Of a stretch of 58,398 nt of DNA, positions 1 through 11,900 are shown piece by piece. The notes under the pieces were generated by a model. It had not been told where the DNA came from. It made no database searches and saw nothing but the letters and a program-made list of their open reading frames with translations. The position numbers were made by a program, and so were the translations under genes. The first letter of the stretch is position 1. Each line of letters begins with the position of its first letter. Source of the DNA: Bigelowiella natans CCMP2755 (lineage: Eukaryota > Protista > Cercozoa); the NCBI GenBank assembly GCA_000320545.1, contig ADNK01001539.1, positions 1-58,398 of the forward strand. Reading direction: 5' to 3'.

Positions 1-429
1 CTAACAAAAAGATTCCCCCAAGCCCGGGCTGGGAGCACACACGGCTCAGGAGGAGAGGACACAACCATTCACCCACATAGAGCGCTTTTTTTTTGTGATC
101 GGGGGATTTTCTCTCCCTTTTTACACAGAGAAAAGGTGCACAGGGGAGCTTCGAGATCGCGAAAGGGTTTCATCTCCCTTAATCCGCCCCCCCCTCATTT
201 TTTTTTTTTTATCCTCTTTTTCCCCCCTTATCAACAGCCACTTCTTTTTACAGCGGAAACTACCCCACAATTTTTTAAAGGGGGAATACGCTTGGGTCCT
301 TACCAGAAGAAATTGAAAAGCAGGGGGGGGGCGAACGGAGAAAAAAGGTGAGAAAGAAAAACTTCCCCCCCCCCCCCTCTCTTTCTCTCTCCCTCCCTCC
401 CTCCCTCTCGCTCTCGCTGTCTAAATCAG

Positions 430-799
430 ACCTTGATTGGGCGAAGTTGCTCCGGTCGCTTCCAAGTGATATCCCCGCCGCCTGCCGCCCCCCCCCCCTT
501 CCCAGCGCTGATGGCGTCGTTGTTGGGGAGGAACAAGGGGTCAATATATCGGTGCGTTCCCCGGTGACCGCTTCGCCACATTCCTTCGGTTGCGACGATG
601 CATATAGAGGATGAGGAGATAAAGATAGGCTTAGCTATGGTTTTCCCTTCTTATTGGGAAGAGAGGTCATTGATGATGCCCTTACCTATTCTCCCCTTTC
701 ATCGTTCTCTCTCTCTTTGAAGTATAGATATTTAGTATCTATGATTTTCTCTCCCCCTCTCACGCTCTTTCTCTCTCCACATATACAGGTATAAATATA

Positions 800-858
<59 letters not shown>

Positions 859-1661
859 CTGTCTGTGTGTACATGCGTGATGAACCTGTCCAACGTGCTT
901 TCCACCTCGCGATGATCTTGCTTCGGTCGTGATTGCCTTGTATGGAGGATGTCGCCTTCCATTTAAGGGGCTCGAGCTGAAGCGCATCAGCTCGAATATA
1001 CGCCGTGGCAAAAGGAAGTAACAGCTCCACCATTTTCCCCGTGCCTTGGGATGAATGGCTGCCATTTCCTGGGCAGAATATGCGAAGAACCTTGCCCATG
1101 CCGAAGTGGCTTTGTGCGAAGCAACCTTCTCTGTTGGCAGAGTGAGTGTGATATGGAGAAGGTGGGGGGAGAGGGAGAGGGAGAGAGAAGAGTCAGAGGG
1201 TAGAAACAGATTCCTTACTAAACCTTGTTTTTGTGAAAAGTAGTCATTTATATCACGTTTGGCCAAATGCAGATATGGCAACGTCCTTCGATGCTCAAAT
1301 ATAGCTTCTGACTTACTCGAGGGGGGGAAGGTCACATGGCTTCCAGTATTCGTGTATTATCGTAACGACATGATCCAAGGTCCCGCCGACTCCATATGGC
1401 CAGCCATTTGGAGGGGAGATTCTAGATCAGAAAAAGAGAATCATTCAAATGTTAATGTTACGTGCGAGGGCGAGGGTGGGCGTGAGTGTGAGTGTGTGTA
1501 TGTTGAATATAGAATGCAAAAGCATTTTTGTGCGAGAATGAACTGTAAGTGCACTCATGCGCCATCTATGCTGTGCATGGAAGAAGAAGAAGAAGAAGAA
1601 GAAGAAGAAGAAGAAGAAGAAGAAGAAGAAGAAGAAGAAGAAGAAGAAGAAGAAGAAGAAG

Positions 1662-1692
<31 letters not shown>

Positions 1693-1777
1693 TGTAACTG
1701 AATCATTCGATCGATGAAGTCCTTGCTCACAAGTTCTGCGATGTACGGAAATCCTACGAAAACAATCATTCGCATCG

Positions 1778-1808
<31 letters not shown>

Positions 1809-2602
1809 GCTAGGATGGAGCGGACACTAGGATACGATGGATTCGCTCTCTACAACCTACCCCATTCAAGGAGCACGGCCTCTCTCATGTCCTTCGCTAC
1901 GCGAAGCCTGTACGCATCGACCCACACCTCTTCCGAAGTTGACTGTACCAATGATGGCCCGATCAGTAATAGCGACGAATTGCAAGTTCAATGGATGGGG
2001 CAGTTCTTACCTTCAGCACTACTTTTACTTTCCCCTCCTTCTTCTCGTTAGTTGTTATAGCCGGTGCTCCAGTCATCCACTCGTTGTCCTCTCGTTCTTC
2101 TGCATCGCATTTGTGGAATTCAAAAAATGACAAACGACCCATCCACAGCCACCATCTGCGCGCCGTGCTCAGTCAGATAAGAGCAATTCTACCTCCTCCA
2201 CTCACTTCCGACTCCCTCGTGCTGTCTGGAGACTCGATGAGTACCGAAACTTGGTTCGTAAGCATAGGCGGGGCACTGGGCAACGGCCCGACGTCTCCAG
2301 ATGGCACATCCTGATGAAACAGGGGAATAAAATCGCATCACCTCTCGATTCTCTCAGCCTACAGCTTCATCGGGGGGACGTGCAACCGCCTGCATTGGCT
2401 ATCTCTGCTACACTCATACCATATTCTCGCTCCCTGGGCTGGCCGAGCTGGTAGCCGATCAACCTGGAAGCTCCAGAGAGCACGCTCTCGGGAGAGTCTC
2501 CCGCTGAGCGATTTGGTGCCGGTACGAGCGGATAATCCCCGATATTTTTTGCCAGCCGCGGCTCTCTCTGCCTGCCGAGCACGTCTTTTAGTTTACAGGC
2601 CT
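430..2602 (-). CDS. Multi-exon gene of unknown function; both ends unresolved
   Basis: Several minus-strand segments bounded by AG/GT read as open frames: ACKLKDVLGRQREPRL (~2600-2430), DVPSGDVGPLPSAPP (~2310), MVAVDGSFVIFEFHKC...KVVLK (~2155-2010), STSEEVWVDAYRLRVAKDMREAVLLEW (~1943-1860), ISPPNGWPYGVGG (~1421-1317). No family recognised. Confidence 0.4.
1580..1690. repeat. (GAA)37 trinucleotide microsatellite, with a (CAT)n run following at ~1779-1808
   Basis: Perfect GAA run read directly; probably intronic. It explains the poly-E and poly-L ORFs in the track. Confidence 0.95.
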
Positions 2603-3086
2603 GTAACCAAAAAAAAAGAGGCCGATAGAGTAAACCACCACAAAGGAGAGAGCCATATCTCATTCGTTTTCCTCCTGCGGCAGCAAGTATTCATTGTCGC
2701 ACGTCAAGGATTCCACTCAGAGCACACTTTTCCCGATTTCTTCTTCCTAAGGGTGGGTACGAGTAGGGGTTGTTGCGATTTTACAGCTTTCCCGAGAAGG
2801 AGAAGCGGTACTGGAAAATTTGTTGGGGGCTTACGGTTTTATTATTGTCGCAGACTAAAAATGCCCATTATTTTCGAACGTTGATGTTCTTTTTGCTGCC
2901 GATGGAGTAAGCCATAACCTGCGTTGCCACGCAAACCCCCCCCCTCTCTTAGCCCCTCGGCCTTTTTGAAGAATTGTTGTGCACTTGAGTGACTTTTTGC
3001 GGCAAGAACGACAGGGAGAAGGGTTTGCATCTGGCTGGGCCCATCGAAATATGTCAACTGCAGTAGCAAAAACTGGCAAGGCTAGC

Positions 3087-5666
3087 ATGAAGGGCTCTCG
3101 CAAGGTACTCCGACGTGCGAGTGGCTAACACAGAAGTCACTAAATCTTGCATCATAATTAGGGCCCTGAGAGTGGAAGTGCGCCTTCTTCTTCAAACCAG
3201 GATCGAGCAAGGGGTAAGGCACAGGATGGCAGTGGAGGTAGCACGGCGAGGCGGTATGGAGGAGGCAACCGCAGACGAAACAACGAAAATAGGGGAGTTA
3301 GACACCGAGGAGGGAACAAAAATGCTGGTGAAATATTGCAACAAGATACTGGAAATCATCGTTACAATCCATCATGGTATCCCGGTTATGGGGCCTACCC
3401 TCCTGTTTTGGTGCCGGACCTTCAAGTCCTTGCCCCCCCCTTTGATGCTAATGGGGATTCGATACCGAACGCAACACCTCAATCGATCAGTAAGTTCTTT
3501 CGTTTCCCCCCCTCACCCATATACATTTGCAAAATATGTGTGAAACCTCACTTTCACTCCTCCCCTCGTTTCAGACGTCTACCTAGTTGGGGACGGCGTC
3601 GCACTATTCTCGACAGACCCGTATGCTGCAGGTAGGCGCACACACACACACACACACAAACACACGAGCACATGCATGCATGCCTTCCCCCACACATATA
3701 TCCACACTAATTATTTGTTGCATGTCTTTTCAGGGATGGCAGGCTACACAGGAGGGAATATGGGTTATTATAGCTCATCTTCGTCCTCGCAGCGCTATCA
3801 CAACGCCAACGGTAAACAGATTGACAGTGACCTAGTGTGGTGACGATAAATTGTTCAAAAGAGGGGCGAGAAGAAAGGGGGGGGGGGGGGGGGAAGATAT
3901 CTGCGTTGTCAACACCTACAGAGACATCTCAGTTCCAGTGTAGCAACAGAAAACAGCTTTTTCATTGGATTTACTTTGTTTTGTGCCCCCCCACCCCCCA
4001 CACCACCCACCCTCCCTGATGCTAGGCAACAACATGTATTATTCTGAAGCTTTGGGTAATACGCTGGCAGCGGCGACAGCAGGCTCCAACAACCTCCAGC
4101 TCTTGGCAGAAGAGAAACGACGGAACGGCAGTAACCCTAGCACGAGCAAAAAGAAGAAGAAGAAGAAGAACAAACGTAACAACAACAATAGCGGCAGCAG
4201 CAGTGGCGATAGTGCCAGCAGCACCAGCGTAAGCAGTGTGAGCACGGGTGGCGACGGTCCTGGGAACAACGCAGCGAACGATGATAACACCGGTGGCAGC
4301 AACAACAAAGACGCTGCCTCCCCCGCGCCTACGAAGATGAAGTGGGCGATGATTGCGAAAGGGGGAGGGAGGGCCCAGAAGAAGAACATGAATAGTAATG
4401 ATAGTAACAGAGACAATAACAGCAACAATAATCTTCGGGGTGCTACGAACAGTATCAATAATAAACAGCCCGCCACGGTTATGACCCCGGTGAGGGTGTC
4501 ACCCGCTAAAAAGAGCCACCAGCACGGCAGAAATGACATTACCGGGACTTCCACATCACCGTCGCCTACCTCTTCAGCGTCGTCCTCGTCGTCGTTGCCT
4601 TCCTCCTCGACTACCTCCCCGTCCCCTTCGCATGCCAACAACAAGAGGCACGAGAATCGCCACCGAGGAAACAGTGGCGGTGCCGACGATGAGAAGGAAG
4701 AGGCGACCCAGTCCAGCCTCAACAGCGGCAGTAACGATCGTAACGTCGGTGATGAGACTCTTTCTGATGCTGCATGGGGGGAGAGGGGGAGAGGGGTAGA
4801 AGGGGAGCAGAGGTGCCAGGGTCGCCTTATTGCGCATAAAAAGAGCGAAGCGCAACGGACGGAAAGCAACAACTCGAGCGGAGGCGATGAAGCTAATGAC
4901 GACGATGATGACGATGACGCATGGCAGCAAGTATACCACCTTTTTCCTTATACCACATATTCCTAAAGCTTAATACTTGTGAGTTTCGTTTCTATTCGTG
5001 GAAGATAAGGGCTCAGGGAAGAGTGGTAGGAGAGGAGAGAGACTCAATATCAAAGTCGTCAATTTTTGTATGATTCAGGCCATCCTGTAAATCAAAGCAT
5101 TGCCACGATCATGCTGCCTAACCTTTCGCCCGCCCCTCCCCTCCCCCCCCCTGTGTGCAGGTGAAAACGCGTCGGAAACGAGGCTCAAGCGCGACAGGAA
5201 ATAGCAAACACATGCGGAGGAGAAATCGGAGAGACGGTAGCAGCGCCATCGCCCCCGCAAGTAAGAGCAATGTGAGCTCATCCGATACGAAGGAAACGAA
5301 GAGGGAAAGGGCTGGCGTTGTGCAAACCACTAGACAGAGGACGGCAACAACTTCTGCGAAGCAGGAGGAACAGCAAACTCTGCTACATCCCTCCTCCTCC
5401 TCCTCCTCCTCCTCATCCTCATCCTCATCTTCATCTAATAGCCATCGACGCACGCAAAAGAAGAAGCGGGATTCGGTTGCGGCCGCTCCCTCCATTACTA
5501 CTACCAGCAACAACAAGTCTACCGGTAGTATAAAACCTAGAAAGGCTGCTACGGCTGTCGCCCATTCAAACTCCAAACGACGCCAGCAAGGACATTCTAA
5601 CCATCGTGGAGGAGGAGGAGGAGGAGGAGGAGGAGGGGGAGGAGGAGCTGCTACGTCGACAACGAT

Positions 5667-5698
<32 letters not shown>

Positions 5699-7092
5699 CT
5701 CCGGCGAAGAGGGGCAAGAAGCAGCACTCTCACAAACACAACAACAGATCAATGACAGCGGCAAAGCGGATGAGTCAGGAATCAACAGCATCGCGGCAGA
5801 AGAGGAGGCCGAAGCAAAAGCACCAGAAACCGCAGCAGCCGCCGCAGAATTCTGCCAGCCAGCAGCTGCTCGGATTCCTCGATATCACCTGGGAAGACAT
5901 CGAGGCTTTCCTCGAGTCGCGCGTCGGCGTGATGACCTCCGTGATGTTCCTCTGCCTGATGGCAGGCGTCGTTGCGCTGCGAGTCAGCTCCCGTTTCCAC
6001 GCTGCCAGTGCGAATAATCCCGGCGGTGCGGCGATGACACGGCAGGAGGGGGGGCTGAGCAAGCATGACATCGGTGGTGGGGCAGGTGCTGGAGTCGGCG
6101 TAAGTAGCGGGCAGTACCAGCAATACTTCCAGCAGAGCCCCCCCGTCCATGCGAACCCGTCGTCGCTGTTTGGCTTTGGCAATGGCGGCGCAACCAGGGG
6201 CAGCACCCTCGACGGGGGGGGGAGCTCGGTCGGTGCGGGCGACATCTCGCGCATGCTGCAGGGGCAGGTGGGCGAGCTGCAGTCGGAGCACGCGGACCTC
6301 CAGTCCTCGTACCTGGCGCACCGGCAGGAGAACACCTTCCTGCGCGAGTGGTTCCAGCGAATGCACGCCGAGGCCCTCCAGTTTGTCCCCAGCTACAAGA
6401 AGGCCTACACCGCCAAGAACCAGCAGCTGCTGCGAGATGGCAGCGACGACGCCGAGAACGAGAGCAGCGGCGGGACGACGCAGCAGCAGCAGCAGCGCAT
6501 GATGCAGAAGATGGGCCAGGCCTACACTGTCGTGATTCCGGTTGGGGTTTCACCCGGCGCGGAGTTTGAGGTGCAAGTGCAGGAGTCGGTCTACGTCGTC
6601 ACCTGTCCTCCCTATGGAAGGCCCGGCGAAATCATGGCGTTCGACGTTCCAGACACGGATTTCTTCCAGGAGCAGTCGTCATCGTCGTCGTCGTCATCAC
6701 CGTCATCCCAGAAGCAGGCGCACCAGCAAGGGCAACAGCTGCCTCCCCCCTCGCGAAAGAAGCAGCAGTCGCAGACACAAGTAGCCAATGGTGGGGCAGG
6801 ATCGTCGTCGTCGTCGTCGTCGTCACCACCATCGACGGATGACAAGCTTCCCGGATTGGTCATCCTGGGGAGGGGGGAGAATACGGCGGCAGGTGTAGGC
6901 AGTGCCTCCTCCTCCTCTCCGGCTTCTACTACAGTGGGGAGGACAGAGAAGGGCGCTCCTCCCGCCCCGGCACTGAACACAGGCAGCGGTTTGAATGATT
7001 CCACCACCCGTCCCAACCCCAACAATAACCCCACGTCTGCAGAGAGCTCACCAACGGCAACAACTTTGAATGCCTCGGATCATCCCCAATAA
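3087..7092 (+). CDS. Large low-complexity (S/N/Q/G-rich) protein with one TM helix, a short coiled coil and a small V-x-x-P-x-G-x-x-P-G beta module; multi-exon
   Basis: ATG at 3087 (MKGSRK|gt). In-frame exons GPESGSAPSS...ATPQSI, VYLVGDGVALFSTDPYAA, MAGYTGGNMGYY and NNMYYSEALG...AWQQ, then a last exon 5161-7092 (645-aa ORF). That exon has a hydrophobic segment VGVMTSVMFLCLMAGVVALRV, heptads LQGQVGELQSEHADLQ and the motif YTVVIPVGVSPGAEFEVQVQESVYVVTCPPYGRPGEIMAFDVP. Confidence 0.7.
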
Positions 7093-7338
7093 GGGGGGGG
7101 GGGGGCTGCTGCTGGGGACGAAATAGCTACCACGACGCTTTTCATCGTTCTAATTCTTCTCTTTTTTCTTCGCCTTCTCGCCGTCGCAGTAGCAGCAGCA
7201 GCAGCAGCAGCATGAAAAATCTCTGCCAAATATCTGCCTACTTGCCATCGATGAGGGAGGGTACATGGAAGCCTTACTGGATGCATTGCTACTATCACTA
7301 TTAAGTAGCGGTATTTCAGCGGTACCCAAGTCAATATC

Positions 7339-7387
<49 letters not shown>

Positions 7388-7739
7388 ATCGTGTACATGT
7401 TCATTGATGTATTATGTATCTAAATACTTAAAATGTGCGCAGTTTATCTATCGCGTGCACACGTTGTTTTTCTCGAAAGTTTGTATGTAGCGGAGACATT
7501 GTCGATTTGGGATTCAAGATTTTGTGGTCGAAACGATTAAAAACAGACGGCTCCTATCTTATCACATCGATCTCGCAATTTAGTCTCGTTTTCGCGTTTG
7601 TATTATTCACTGCTAAAAGTGATGTTGTCACAGTCATTTGTTCCGTAGAAAAAAAAGTGAACGGCTAGAAACTAGCAACTGGGTCAATTGATATGCACAG
7701 AACCAAAAAAATTGTAGCAATAACAAATATTTTATCTGA

Positions 7740-8830
7740 TCTGTTTGCCGGGGGCTACATCTGTTTGCCATCATTGCATCATGCATGCTAGCACGTGCCA
7801 TCATGTGCGCCATTGTTCTGTCTGTAGATCGATCACCGGCGAGCTGCGATGCAAACAAACAGAAGTGCCATTCTGTAAGAGACATTGACATACACAACGT
7901 ACTCCGTCAAACCCGGCTAGCCGGTAACAAGTGGGGTTTGCACAAACCATGCTTTACGCGCGCGGCCTGGCGCGCTCAATCGTTGCAATTGGACATTGGA
8001 AGCACACTGGAGCCTGTTTACAAGACGACAAATCTGGCTACCGCGCATGTGTGCTCGTCTAGATAGACGTCGCTAGGTCGTGCATTGCTAGTAGATCGCA
8101 CAATCTAGCAATGATCACATCCGATCTAGCGATCCGATCCGCACATGCAGCACGTGAGTGCATGTGCTTAAGATGTTTTGCGGCGGTCTAGCGGAGCGCG
8201 ACATTGCGTGTGCGCATGCTGTGCTAGCTAGCGCTGCTAGCATGCGCACATGTGCTGCAGATGACGATGCACACACATGTGCACATGTGGCAGTGTGGCT
8301 AGAGGATGATGACCACATTGCGTGTCTTCAAAAATCGCTAGCAAACTGTAGCTAGCTAGAGCCAACCTGCAGCGCTAGAGCCATGCTGGCTAGCTAGCAT
8401 GATGGCTACGATGCATGTTGCGCTGTCTGCCATAGCTGTGCGTTGCTGCACGCATCACTAGATCAGGAGAAATGCTGACAATGACAGACATGTGGTCGTG
8501 CATATCTGCGCAAAGCTAGAGAGCTAGAAAGGCATTTTTGATCGATGCCAATGACAGCCATGCTAGCATGCTCTAGATGCTAGCAGTGGACTGTGCTTAT
8601 TGCAGACACATCGTGCCAACAGTTAGACAGGCGCAATGACAAGCAACACACACATGGCCTGTGTAGCTTTGCATGCTGATCAATTAAATGACATGTGACG
8701 ATTCGTGTTCACTAGCTAGCTAGTGCATGCGCATGTGCAAATCGCAGCAGTATCACGTAGTCAGCAACAGTGCTGACATGTCTAAATATCATCATTCTAC
8801 ATCGTGCAGTGCGATTGTCTTGCGTAGTTG
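7740..8830. other. TpA-depleted, CTAG/CATG/TGCA-rich intergenic island (partial)
   Basis: From ~8050 to 8730 most TA dinucleotides are in CTAG (gctagctagc); catg, tgca and cacatgtg are dense. Lies between two convergent gene ends. Confidence 0.8.
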
Positions 8831-8952
8831 TTGGCTCGTTTTCCCAACGTATTACATTCAGGCGGAATTTTGAACTCGTCATCAGTCATTTTGTGATCCT
8901 GCTTTTTTAAACTTCTGACCCCTAAGTCGCGAGCAATTTTCCGAGTCAGCAT

Positions 8953-11900
8953 CTATCTTTGGAAAAATACATCAGGTTCGTCCAGCACCGAATCACTGCC
9001 AGCTTCATCATCGCTCTCGCTTGAACTATAATTACTGATGTCGCCGAAGAGCACCTTCCGTCGAAGTTCTCTTTCAAACTTCAAACTACGCAATAGTGGA
9101 AAAAGGTGATATATTACAAATGTGAAAGAGAATATTGCAGCAGAAAGGTCATACATTCATTGATGTGTGGATGGAAGGACAACCTTGCTCTTGAAGTGGC
9201 TTCAGACTTGTTTGAGCATCCAAAATAGAATCGAGCACGTGGAGTAGGCGGCTGGTACGGAAAGTCCTGTTCAGGATCGATCCCTGTGTGGAACGAAACG
9301 GACTCAGACGAGAAGCTCTTAGATTTTCCTTCAGCCTCGAAGGCGGTCTGGACAGGGAAGACTTCAAAAGAAACAGAGAAATGCGACCCCAAGGCGTGAG
9401 CTCGACGTACTGCCTTCCGCCGCTCTTCGTCCGAACTCACCGCCTCGCCATTAATCCTAACAACCAACCACCCGATTTGAATACCGAGCCTCTTTCCGGC
9501 GCTTGTCACGGCTTCCACCCGTCCTCGATTGTCCATACTGCAGACAGCCTTGTCACACGGGAGCGTAATGGTTCTGAGTTTCCTCCCCTCATCTGTTTGT
9601 TGTATGTACGTCTCGACTGCGCTGGAGCTACTCGAAAATGAGAGCATCGCGATGACCACGGCCTCAGCTACTACAATCGTGAAAATACGGAAACAGATGT
9701 CTTGGCCGTAGCACAAGAGTGTGATGTCGAATGATGCCTGCGTGCTTTCCTTTCGGTTGCTCCACGATAAAACTACTAGCAAGAAAACGCAGCCCAAGAT
9801 AAGTATCAACGTGGCCAAACTTGCTACGCCGTCTCTCAACGTCCACTCGTTATTTCTTACCATGGACTCCCTTACAAATCCATAAAAGGACTCAGTGCGC
9901 TTGAGTAGCTTAGCGTCTGATGATTTAAAATGCATCCGTATACTTACAGACCTTCGATTTTTCCCCTTTTTAATTCCCTCCTTTTTCTTATCACCGTCAC
10001 CGGCCACCCAGCCTGACAATGTGCCAGCAGTCGAAGCCATGTTTGTTGCCATTGTGCTCTCGTGTGAAAGGATTGCAGCTTTCGTGCTACTCTGAGCAGC
10101 TTTGCGGGACTCATGATTTTGGTCTGTGTTATTATTATTGTAGTCATCTTTTTCCTCCTCATCGGTGTCTTCGTCGTCTTGTTCCTGTCGCTCTTGATTT
10201 CCATCATCTCCATCATCTCCATCACCACCATCTTCATCATCTTCCATGGTGATGCCGTCATGTAGCTCCTGAGCACATATTGACACAATGAAGAAAAGCC
10301 AGGGTAGAGAGGCGGCAAGGCCCGAGGATGAAAATGGGATCTTGAACTCCTTCGGCGTGCTCCGACTGAACAAAGTAGACACGATGTACGGAATGGGAAA
10401 TGCGATGAAGCAGGCGACGATGGCCTGCGCAACGTTGCCAGTGAGAAAGAAAATATTTTGGGACGTCCCTTCAAGGAGAGCGCACACCACGGCGCTGTTG
10501 AGCAGGAGAACAAGGAGTACCAGGAGCCTTTTCTGTGAGTTCATATAGTCCCCGGGGTGCCTGAGGAGGAGAGCCAGCCACGGGTGGCGAGTTCTCATCG
10601 CCATGGAGCTTGTGCGCATCCAGTTTGCGCACGACCCCTTGGCCTCCGTGTGCAGATATCGGGTTTGGGTCTTCAGCCGCCAGAAATCTCGTTCAACCTC
10701 GTTGAACGAAACGTCGCTGGTCATTCGTCGGTCGTCGTGAGCAAAGATGCAGCCTCCAGGGTTTCGATCATACCACCGCAAAACTGGGAAGGACAGCAAG
10801 GCCACACCCAAAATCACAACAGCCAACAGCATCACAGGGTTCTCCGCAGGGTTGTAGGCTCTGGCGTCGCTGATGTCGCTCTCGTCAAACGTGTTGACCT
10901 CAACTCGAAACGAGTTGGAGAGAAGAGCGAATAGGGTCAGATGGCTGGACTCGCACACTGGGACGCCTTCCCCTGTGCTGAGACTCAACCCCCTCCCACT
11001 CCAGTGGCTTCCGTTCCAGTAGGTGCAGTTGTACTGACTTTGTAAATTCACGTCCGCTGAGGATCTAGCAGCCTCCCAGCCTGGGATCGTGAAGCGAATG
11101 GGTTGCGACGTGTTTTCTATTCGCACTTCCTTGCTGTCCGCGGAGCGTACCTCTATTTTAACGATGCCGTTTTCTAGATCGTGTTGCGCTGGCCTAGCTT
11201 CGTAATACGGAAGTGAGGACCCCGTGATAGTAGTCAGCCCAAGCTGGAGAACGGATGAACTCAAGCTCACGTTTTGTCCTCCTCCTCCTCCTCCAATTCC
11301 TTCATCCGGTCGCTGGAACGTCACTTTGCAGTTTGTCGTTTTCTGCAGAAGGATAGCATTCTCCAGACTGGCGCTCTGAATAAGGGTGCCAGTAAGCATG
11401 ATTTGTGTGGAACCATCCTGAGCGTTGCGACTGCCAATAGTGACAGCATCTTCTCCAAGCTCAACTTGTCCGTCTGAGACGAGCAATGAGCTCAGGTTCG
11501 TCAGCAAGCCCACAACGACAGCAGATCGTTTCGAGGTCAGGTTTGATCTTGATGCCCTTGCTCCGTGCAACACATTTGCGACGGACCTGGAGAGCTGTGT
11601 AACAGTTTCAGGAACCATGGGATCTTTTGGTGCTGCGCTTGCTGTGCCCCGCGTTCTTGCAGCGACAGAATCCATCACGTTGAGGGACAAATCAAACAAA
11701 TCATCACTTACTTCCCCACTTCGGTTAGCAGCGGTGATACGCTCTACCAATGCTGCTGACGTCTGGGGGTCAACCACCCTCGCAAGGTTACTTCCGTTTG
11801 AGATGGTCATAGCTTCCACGTTTCTCAGCATCGACATACGTAAACTAGTAGCAGACTGTATTGGAGTCGGATCGTCGGCAGAATTTATTTGGGAAGAAAC

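Noticed and set aside
1-420. Short ORFs and homopolymer-rich sequence at the window start
   Set aside because: Looks like low-complexity or low-quality sequence; no coherent coding signal.
4039-7034. Long antisense ORFs (277, 199, 194, 189 aa)
   Set aside because: Shadows of the GC-rich, low-complexity plus-strand gene.
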